Shown: positions 1 to 9,479 of the stretch, piece by piece
How the letters are laid out: the number at the start of each line of letters is the position of its first letter
Position numbering within the stretch: the first letter of the stretch is position 1
DNA from: Octopus sinensis
Lineage: Eukaryota
DNA length: 10,009 nt
Reading direction: 5' to 3'
Assembly: GCF_006345805.1 (NCBI RefSeq)
Contig: NW_021827799.1
Coordinates: 1 to 10,009 of the forward strand
Translations under genes and position numbers: made by a program
The notes under the pieces: model-generated
Seen by the model: the letters and a program-made list of their open reading frames with translations, nothing else
Told to the model about the DNA's origin: nothing
The model's database searches: none

Positions 1-1128
1 AAAAAAATTTGTGATCTGTTAGGTAAATATAAGCTATATGATGATAATAAGCTTATATTTATTAAGAGATCACTAAATTCTCAAATTTTTCAGGTTATAA
101 AATGTCAAAATATTTCAAATGTGTACTTGAAAAACAAAAAAAAATTTTGTGATCTGTTAGGTTAATATAAGCTATATGAGTGATAATAAGCTTATATTTA
201 TCCAAGAGATCACTAAATTCTCAAAAGTTTTCACGTTAGAAAATGTCAAAATATTTCAAATGTGTACTTGAAAAACAAAAAAAAATTTTGTGATCTGTTA
301 GGGAATTATAAGCTATATGAGTGATAATAAGCTTATTTATCCAAGAGATCACTAAATTCTCAAAAGTTTTTCAGGTTAGAAAATGTCAAAATATTTCAAA
401 TGTGTACTTGGAAACAAAAAAAAATTTTGTGATCTGTTAGATAAATATAAGCTATACTGAGTGATAAAAGCTTATATTTATCCAAGAGATCACTAAATTC
501 TCAAAAGTTTCCAGTTAGAAAATGTCAAAATATTTCAAATGTGTACTTGAAAAAACAAAAAAAATTTGTGATCTGTTAGGTAATATAAGCTATATGAGTG
601 ATAATAAGCTTATATTTATCCAAGAGATCACTAAATACTTAAAAGTTTTCAAGTTAAAAAATGTCAAAATATTTCAAATGTGTACTTGAAAAACAAACAA
701 AAAATTTGTGATCTGTTAGATAAATATAAGTTTACTGAGTGATAAAAGGCTTATATTTATCCAAGAGATCACTAAATTCTCAAAAGTTTCCAGGTTAGAA
801 AATGTGAAAATATTTCAAATGTGTACTTGAAAAACAAAAAAAAATTTTGTTGTCTCTTAGGTAAATATAAGCTATATGAGTGATAATAAGCTTATATTTA
901 TCCAAGAGATCACTAAATTCTCAAAAGTTTTCAGGTTAGAAAATGTCAAAATATTTCAAATGTGTACTTCAAAAACAAAAAAAATTTTGTTGTCTGTTAG
1001 GTAATATAAGCTATATGATTGATAATATAGCTATATTTATCAAGAGAACCACTAAATTCTCAAAAGTTTTCAGTTAGAAAATGTCAAAATGTTTTGAAAT
1101 GTGTACTTGAAAAAGAAAAAAAAATTTT

Positions 1129-1193
1129 GTGATCTGTTGGGTAAATATAAGCTATATGAGTGATAATAAGCTTATATTTATCCAAGAGATCAC
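1129..1193. repeat. Intra-monomer inverted repeat (example copy; present in nearly every monomer): 25-bp arms, 15-bp spacer
   Basis: Left arm 1129-1153 is GTGATCTGTTGGGTAAATATAAGCT and right arm 1169-1193 is AGCTTATATTTATCCAAGAGATCAC. They match at 23/25 in this copy and 22/25 in the consensus. The inner 12 bp (TAAATATAAGCT / AGCTTATATTTA) are perfect. The spacer is ATATGAGTGATAATA. Confidence 0.95.
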
Positions 1194-1524
1194 TAATTTC
1201 TCAAAAGTTTTCAGGTTAGAAAATGTCAAAATATTTCATATGTGTACTTGAAAAACAAAAAAAATTTTGTGATCTGTTAGATAAATATAAGTTAACTAAG
1301 TGATAATAAGCTAATATTTTTCCAAGAGAACACGAAATTCTCAAAAGTTTTTAGGTTAGAAAATGTCAAAATAATTCAAATGTGTACTTGAAAAACAAAA
1401 AAAAATTTTGTGATCTGTTAGGGAAATATGAGCTATATGAGTGATATAAGCTATATTTATCCAAGAGATCACTAAATTCTCAAAATTTCAGGTTAGAATG
1501 AAAATATTTCAAATGTGTACTTGA

Positions 1525-2935
1525 AAACAAAAAAAAATGTTGTTGTCTGTTAGGTAAATATAAGCTATATGAGTGAAAATAAGCTTATATTTACCCAAGA
1601 GATCACTAAATTTTCAAAAGTTTTCAGGTTTGAAAATGTCAAAATAATTCAAATGTGTACTTGAAAAATAAAAAAAAATTTTGTTGTCTCTTAGGTAAAT
1701 AAAATCTATATGAGTGATAATAAGATTATATTTATCAAAGAGAACACTAAATTCTCAAATGTTTTCAGGTTAGAAAATGTCAAAATATTTCAAATATGTA
1801 CTTGAAAAATTTAAAAAAAATTTGTGATCTGTTACATTAATATAAGTTGACTGAGTGATAAAAGGCTTATATTTAGCCAAGAGATCACTAAATTCTCAAA
1901 AGTTTTCATGTTAAAAAATGTCAAAATATTTCAAATGTGTACTTGAAAAACAAAAAAAAATTTTGTCGTCTCTTAGATAAATATAAGCAATATGAGTGAT
2001 AATAAGCTTATATTTATCCAAATTCTCAAAAGTTTTCAGGTTAGAAAATGTCAAATATTTCAAATGTGTACTTGAAAAACAAAAAAAATGTTGTTATCTG
2101 TTAGATAAATATAAGTTAACTGAGTGATAATAAGCTTATATTTATCCAAGAGATAACTAAATTCTCAAAAGTTTTCAGTTTAGAAAATTCAAAATATTTC
2201 AAATGTGTACTTGAAAAACAAAAAAAATTTTGTGATCTGTTAGGTAATATAAGCTATATGGTGATAATAAGCTTATATTTATCCAAGAGATCACTAAATT
2301 CCAAAATTTTAGGTTAGAAAATATCAAAATATTTCAAATGTGTACTTGAAAAACAAAAAAAAATTTCGTTGTCTCTTAAGAAAATATAAGTTATAGATGA
2401 TAATAATAGTTATTTATCCAAGAGATGACTAAATTCTCAAAAGTTTTCAGGTTAGAAATGTCAAAATATTTCAAATGTACTTGAAAAACAAAAAAAAATT
2501 TGTTTCTGTTACAAACATAAGTTAACCGAGTGATAAAGCTTCTATTTACCCAAGAGATCACTAAATTCTCAAAAGTTTTCAGGTTAGAAATGTCAAAATA
2601 TTTCAAATGTGTACTTGAAAAACAAAAGAAATTTTTGTGATCTGTTAGGTAAATATAAGCTATATGAGTGATAATGAGCTTATATTTATCAAGAGATCAC
2701 TAAATTCTCAATTTTTGAGGTTAGAAAATATCATAATATTTCAAATGTGTACTTGAAACAAAAAAAAGTTTGGTGATCTTTAGTTAAAATATAGCTATAT
2801 GAGTGATAATAAGCTTATATTTATCCAAGAGATCACTAATTCTCAAACGTTTTTTCAGGTTAGAAATGTCAAAATATTTCAATGTGTACTTGAAACAAAA
2901 AAAAATTTTGTGATCTGTTAGGGAATTATTAATAT
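1525..2935. repeat. Multi-monomer block, copy 1 (paralogous to about 3860-5025)
   Basis: Rare variants appear in the same order in both blocks: TTTACCC, AAAATAATTC, TAAGATTAT, TCAAAGAGAACAC, CAAATGTTTTC, AAAAGGCT, TTTAGCC, TTTTCATG, GTCGTCTC, then TTCGTTGTCTCTTAAGAAAAT, GATGACT, AAACATAAGTTAACCG, TCATAAT, GATCTTT, GGGAATTATT. Boundaries are approximate. Confidence 0.85.
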
Positions 2936-3859
2936 ATGAGTGATAATAAGCTTATATTTATCAAGAGATCACTAAATTCTCAATAGTTTCCAGTTAAACA
3001 ATGTCAAAATATTTCAAATGTGTACTTGAAAACAAACAAAAATTTTGTGATCTGTTAGATAAATATAAGTTAACTGAGTGATAATAAGCTTATATTTATC
3101 CAAGAGATCACTAATTCTCAAATTTTTTCAGGGAGAAAATGTCAAATATTTCAAATGTGTACTTGAAAACAAAAAAAAATGTTGTTGTCTCTTAGGTAAA
3201 TATAAGCTATTGAGTGATATAAGCTTATATTTACCCAAGAGATCACTAAATTCTCAAACGTTTCAGGTTAGAAAATGTCAAAATAATTCAAATGTGTACT
3301 TGAAAAACAAAAAAAAATTTGGTTGTCTGTTAGGTAAATATAAGCTATATGATTGAAAATAAGCTTATATTTATCAAAGAGAACACAAAATTCTCAAAAG
3401 TTTTCAGGTTAGAAAATGTCAAAATATTTCAAATGTGTACTTGAAAATTAAAAAAAAATTGTGATCTGTTAGATAAATATAAGTTAACTGAGTGATAAAA
3501 GGTTTATATTTATCCAAGAGATCACTAAATTCTCAAAAGTTTTCAGGTTAGAAAATGTCAAAATATTTCAAATGTGTACTTGAAAAACAAAAAAAAATTT
3601 TTTTGTCTCTTAGGTAAATATAAGCTATATGAGTGGTAATAAGCTTATATTTATCCAAGAGATAATTCTCAAAAGTTTTCAGCGTAGAAAATGTCAAAAT
3701 GTTCAAATGTGTATACTTCAAAAACAAAAAAAAAATTCTGATCTGTTAGGAAATATAGCTATATGATGATAATAAGCTTATATTTATCCAGAGATCACTA
3801 AATTCTCAAAAGTTTTCAGGTTAGAAAATGACAAGTTGTTTCAAATGTGTACTTGAAAA

Positions 3860-5025
3860 ACAAAAAAAAATTTTGTTGTCTGTAAGGTAAATATAAGCTA
3901 TATGAGTGATAATAAGCTTATATTTACCCAAGAGATCACTAAATTCTCAAAACTTTTCAGGTTAGAAAATGTCAAAATAATTCAAATGTGTACTTGAAAA
4001 AGAAAAAAAAATTTTGTTGACTCTTAGGTAAATAATAGCTATATGAGTGATAATAAGATTATATTTATCAAAGAGAACACTAAATTCTCAAATGTTTTCA
4101 GGTTAGAAAATGTCAAATCATTTCAAATGTGTACTTGAAAAATAAAAAAAAAATTTGTGATCTGTTAGATAAATATAAGTTAACTGAGTGATAAAAGGCT
4201 TATATTTAGCCAAGAGATCACTAAATTCTCAAAAGTTTTCATGTTAGAAAATGTCAAAATATTTCAAATGTGTACTTGAAAAAAAAAAAAATTTTGTCGT
4301 CTCTTAGGTGAATATAAGCTATATGAGTGATAATAAGCTTATATTTATCCAAGAGATCACTAAATTCTCAAAAGTTTTCAGGTTAGAAAATGTCAAAATT
4401 TTCAAATGTGTACTAGAAAAAACAAAAAAAAATTTCGTTGTCTCTTAAGAAAATATAAGTTATATGAGTGATAATAAGATTATATTTATCCAAGAGATGA
4501 CTAAATTCTCAAAAGTTTTCAGGTTAGAAAATGTCAAATATTTCAAATGTGTACTTGAAAAACAAAAAAAAATTTTGTGATCTGTTACATAAACATAAGT
4601 TAACCGAGTGATAATAAGCTTATATTTACCCAAGAGATCACTAAATTCTCAAAAGTTTTCAGGTTAGAAAATGTCAAAATATTTGAAATGTGTACTTGAA
4701 AAACAAAAAAAAATTTTGTGATCTGTTAGGTAAATATAAGCTATATGAGTGATAATAAGCTTATATTTATCAAGGAGATCACTAAATTCTCAAAATTTTT
4801 CAGGTTAGAAAATGTCATAATATTTCAAATGTGTACTTGAAAAACAAAAAAAAATTTTGTGATCTTTTACTTAAATATAAGCTATATGAGTGATAATAAG
4901 CTTATATTTATCCAAGAGATCACTAAATTCTCAAAAGTTTTCAGGTTAGAAAATGTCAAAATATTTCAAATGTGTACTTGAAAAACAAAAAAAAATTTTG
5001 TGATCTGTTAGGGAATTATTAGCTA
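3860..5025. repeat. Multi-monomer block, copy 2 (paralogous to about 1525-2935, lacking two internal monomers)
   Basis: Same ordered variants, e.g. ATTTAGCC at 4204 vs 1871, AATTTCGTTG at 4431 vs 2362, GGGAATTATT at 5011 vs 2921. Confidence 0.85.
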
Positions 5026-5153
5026 TATGAGTGATAATAAGCTTACATTTATCCAAGAGATCACTAAATTCTCAAACGTTTTCAGTTTAGAAAATGTCAA
5101 AATATTTCAAATGTGTACTTGAAAAACAAAAAACAATTTTGTGATCTGTGAGG

Positions 5154-5205
5154 TAAATATAAACTATATGAGTTTATATTTATAAACTATATAAGCTTAT
5201 ATTTA
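5154..5205. other. Locally templated insertion (net +13 nt) in the palindrome spacer of one monomer
   Basis: The spacer is 28 nt (5166-5193) instead of 15. Positions 5171-5182 (AGTTTATATTTA) are the exact reverse complement of 5154-5165 (TAAATATAAACT). Positions 5181-5192 (TATAAACTATAT) are a direct copy of 5158-5169. Confidence 0.85.
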
Positions 5206-5644
5206 TCCAAGAGATCACTAAATTCTCAAAAGTTTTCAGGTTAGAAAATGTCAAAATGTTTCAAATGTGTACTTCAAAAACAAAAAAAAATTTTGTGAAA
5301 TATTAGGGAAATATGAGCTATATGAGTGATAATAAACTTATATTTATCCAAGAGATTACTAAATTATCAAAAGTTTTCAGGTTAGAAAATGTCAAAATTT
5401 TTCAAATGTGTACTAGAAAAAAAAAAAAAAAATTTTGTGATCTGTTGGGTAAATATAAGCTATATGAGTGATAATAAAATTATATTTATCCAAGAGATCA
5501 CTAAATTCTAAAAAGTTTTCAGGTTAGAAAATGTCAAAATATTTCATATGTGTACTTGAAATACAAAAAAAAAATTGTTGTCTGTTAGGTAAATATAAGC
5601 TATATGAGTGGTAATAAGCTTATATTTATCCAAGAGAACACTAA

Positions 5645-6172
5645 ATTCTCAAATGTTTTCAGGATAGAAAATTCAAAATATTTCAAATGTGTACTTGAAA
5701 AAAAAATAGTTTGTGATCTCTTAGGTAAATATAAGCAATATGAGTGATAATAAGCTTATATTTATCAAGGAGATCACTAAATTCTAAGAAGTTTTCAGGT
5801 TAGAAAATGTCAAAATATTTCAAATGTATACTTGAAAAACAAAAAAAAAATTTATTGTCTGTTAGGTAAATATAAGCTATATGAGTGATAATAAGCTTAT
5901 ATTTATCCAAGAGATCACTAAATTCTCAAAAGTTTTCAGGTTAGAAAATGTCAAAATATTTCAAATGTGTACTTGAAAGACAAAAAAAAATTTTGTGATC
6001 TGTTAGGTAACTATAAGCTATATGAGTGATAATAAGCTTATATTTTCCAAGAGATCACTAAATTCTCAAAAGTTTTCAGTTAGAAAATGTAAAATATTTC
6101 AAATGTGTCTTGATAACAAAAAAAGTTTGTTGTCTGTTAGGTGAATATAAGCTATATGAGTGATAATAAGCT
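5645..6172. repeat. Block of about 4 monomers, duplicated at about 9480-10009
   Basis: Shared ordered variants: CAAATGTTTTCAGGATAGAAAATTC, AAAATAGTTTGTGATCTC, TCAAGGAG, TTCTAAGAAG, TTTATTGTC, TTGAAAGAC, TATTTTCC/TATTTTTCC, ATAACAAA, AAAGTTTGTTGTCTGTTAGGTGAAT. Confidence 0.9.
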
Positions 6173-7084
6173 TCTATTCATCCAAGAGATCACTAAATTC
6201 TCAAAAGTTTTCAGGTTAGAAAATGTCAAAATATTTCAAATGTGTACATGAAATACAAAAAAAAATTTTGTGATCTGTTAGGGAAATAAAAGCTATATGA
6301 GTGATAATAAGCATATATTTATCAATGAGATCACTAAATTCTCAATAGTGTTTCAGTTAGAAAATGACAAATATTTCAAATGTGTACTTGAAAAACAAAA
6401 AATATTTGTTTACTCTTAAGAAATATAAGCTATATGAGTGATAGTAAGCTTATATTTATCCAAGAGATCACTAATTCTCAAAGTTTTCAGGTTGAAATGT
6501 CAAATATTTCAAATGTGTACTTGAAAAACAAAGAAAATTTTGTTCTGTTAGGTAAATATAAGCTATATGAGTGATAATAAGCTTATATTTATCCAAGAGA
6601 ACACTAAATTCTCAAAGGTTTTCAGGTTAGAAAATGTCAAAATATTTCAAATGTGTACTTGAATAAGAAAAAAAAATTTTGTGATGTCTTAGATAAATAT
6701 AAGTCAACTGAGTGATAAAAGGCATATATTTATCCAAGTGATCACGAAATTCTCAAAATTTTCAGGTTAGAAAATGTCAAAATATTTCAAATGTGTACTT
6801 GAAAAATAAAAAAAAATTTTGTGATCTGTTAGATAAATATAAGTTAACTGAGTGATAATAAGCTTACATTTATGCAAGAGATCACTAAATTTCAAAAGTT
6901 TTCAGGTTAGAAAATGTCAAAATATTTCAAATGTGTACTTGAAAAACAAAAAAAAATTCTGTGATCTGTAGGTAATATAAGCTATATGAGTGATAATAAG
7001 CTTATATTTATCAAGAGAACACTAATTCTCAAAAGTTTTCAGGTTAGAAAATGTCAAAATTTTCAAATGTGTACTTGAAAAAAA

Positions 7085-7320
7085 AAAAAAAATTTGTGAT
7101 CTGTAGGTTGAATATAAGTTAACTGAGTGATAATAAGCTATACATTTACCCAAGATCACTAAAATGTCAACAATATTTCAAATATGTACTTGAAAACACA
7201 AAAAAAAATTTGTGATCTTTTAGATAAGTATAAGTTAACTAAGTGATAATAAGCTTATATTTATCGAAGAGATCACTAAATACTAAAATGTCAAAATATT
7301 TCAAATGTGTACTTGAAAAA
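7085..7320. other. Two adjacent truncated monomers lacking the TTCTCAAAAGTTTTCAGGTTAG segment
   Basis: At 7157-7168 the sequence reads CACTAAAATGTC (25-bp deletion). At 7274-7292 it reads CACTAAATACTAAAATGTC (net 18-bp loss). Landmark spacings are about 115 and 123 instead of 141. Confidence 0.9.
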
Positions 7321-9479
7321 AAAAAAAAAATTTTGATGTGGTAAATATAACCTATATGAGTGATAATAAGCTTATATTTATCCAAGAGATCACAAAATTC
7401 TCAAAAGTTTTCAGGTTAGAAAATGTCAAAATATTTCAAATGTGTACTTGAAGAACAAAAAAAATGTTGTTGTCTGTTAGGGGAATATAAGCTATATGAG
7501 TCATAATAAACTTATATTTATCCAAGAGATCACTAAATTCTCAATAGTTTTCAGGTTAGAAAATTCAAAATATTTCAAATGTGTACTTGAAAAAAAATAA
7601 TTTTGTGATCTGTTAGGTATATATAAGCTATATGAGTGATAGTAAGCTTATATTTATCCAAGAGATCACTAAATTCTCAAAAGTTTTCAGGTTAGAAAAT
7701 GTCAAAATATTTGAAATGTGTACTGGAAAAACAAAAAAAGATTTTGTGATCTGTAAGGTAAATATAAGCTATATGAGTGACAATACGCTTATATTTATCC
7801 AACAGATCACTAAATTCTCAAACGTTTTCAGTTTAGAAAATTCAAAATATTTCAAATGTGTACTTGAAAAACAAAAAAAAATTTTGTTGTCTCTTTGGTA
7901 AATATAAGCTATATGAGTGATAATAAACTTATATTTATCCATGAGATCGCTAAATTCTCAAAAGTTTTCAGGTTAGTAAATGTCAAAATGTTTCAAATGT
8001 GTACTTGAAAAACAAAAACATTTGTGGATCTGTTAGATAATTATAAGCTATATGAGTGATAATAAGCTTATATTATCCAAGAGGTCACTAAATTCTCAAA
8101 GTTTTCAGGTTAGAAAATGTCAAAATATTCAATGTGTACTTAAAAAAAAAAAAAAGAATTTGTGATCTGTTAGTAAATATAAGCTATATGATTGATACAA
8201 CTTATATATATATCCAAGATATCACTACATTATCAAAGTTTTCATGTTAGAAAATGTCAAAATGTTTCAAATGTGTACTTGAAAAACAAAAAAAAATTTC
8301 GTTATCTCTTAGGAAAATATAAGCTATATGAGTGATAATAAGCTTATCCAAGAGATCACGAAATTCTCAAAAGTGTTCAGGTTAGAAAAAGTCAAAATAT
8401 TTCAAATGTGTACTTGAAAAACCAAAAAAACTTTTGTTGTCTGTTAGGTAAATATAAGCTATATGAGTGAAAATAAGCTTATATTTATCCAAGAGATCAC
8501 TAAATTCTTAAAGGTTTTCAGGTTAAAAAATGTCAAAATATTTCAAATGTGTACTTGAAACACAAAATAAAAAATTGTGATCTGTTAGATAAATATAAGT
8601 TAACTGAGTGATAATAAGCTTATATTTATCCAAAAGATCACTAAATTCTCAAATTTTTTCAGGTTAGAAAATGTCAAAATATTTCAAATGTGTACTTGAA
8701 AAACAAAAAAATTTTTTTGTCTCTTAGGAAAATATAAGCTATATGAGTGAAAATAAGCTTATATTTATCCAAGAGATCACTGAATTCTCAAAAGTTTTCA
8801 GGTTAGAAAATGTCAAAATGTTTCAAATGTGTACCTGAAAAACAAAAAAAAATTTTGTGATCTGTTCGGTAAATATAAGTTAACTGAGTGATAATAGGCT
8901 TATATTTACCCAAGAGATCACTAAATTCTCAAAAGTTTTCAGGTTAGAAAATGTCAAAATATTTCAAATTTGTACTTGAAAAACCAAAAAAAATTTCGTT
9001 GTCTCTTTGGTTAATATAAGCTATATGAGTGATAATAAGCTTATCCAAGAGATCACTAAATTCTCAAAAGTTTTCAGGTTAGAAAATGTCAAAATATTTC
9101 AAATGTGTACTTGAAGAACTAAAAAAAATTTGTGATCTGTTAGATAAATATAAGTTGACTGATTGATAATAAGCTTATATTTATCGAAGAGATCACTAAA
9201 TTCTCAAAAGTTTTCAGGTTAGAAAATGTCAAAATATTTCAAATGTGTACTTGAAAAAGAAGAAAAAATTTTGTGTCCTGTTAGGAAAATATAAGCTGTA
9301 TGAATGGTAAGCTTATATTTATCCAAGAGATCACTAAATTCTCAAAAGTTTTCAGGTTAGAAAATGTCAAAATATTTCAAATGTGTACTTGAAAAAGAAA
9401 AAAAAATTTCGTTGTCTCTTAGGAAAATATAAGCTATATGAGTGATAATAAGCTTATATTTATCCAAGAGATCACTAAA

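Noticed and set aside
861-900. Forkhead-like (GTAAATA), GATA-like (TGATAA) and TATA-like motifs, and a recombinase-site-like dyad
   Set aside because: Short AT-rich motifs are expected by chance at 76% AT. The 15-nt spacer does not fit the 6-8 nt spacer of loxP/FRT/dif-type sites.
1129-1210. Intrinsic terminator, tRNA or structured ncRNA gene
   Set aside because: The stem is long and AT-rich, with no adjacent U-tract on the + strand, no upstream gene, and no cloverleaf or other known RNA motif. There is no evidence of transcription.
2391-2606. 71-aa minus-strand ORF
   Set aside because: It lies wholly within the satellite, in a deletion-rich patch. The peptide repeats itself (KYFDISNLKTFENLVISW) with the monomer, it starts at TTG, and I recognise no domain.
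3078-3356. 92-aa plus-strand ORF
   Set aside because: It is a chance read-through of two monomers made possible by local indels. Paralogous units have stops in these frames.
7632-7901. 89-aa plus-strand ORF; also the fact that 141 bp equals 47 codons
   Set aside because: In this frame the consensus has two stops per unit (…QMCT*KTKKNFVIC*VNISY…), which are removed here only by private substitutions. Frameshifting indels elsewhere show no coding constraint, so this is not a repeat-protein gene.
8140-8250. Unusually divergent monomer (CTTATATATATATCC, GATATCAC, TACATTATC)
   Set aside because: It is still colinear with the consensus and lies in an error-prone patch, so it cannot be told apart from sequencing noise. 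It is not a foreign insertion.
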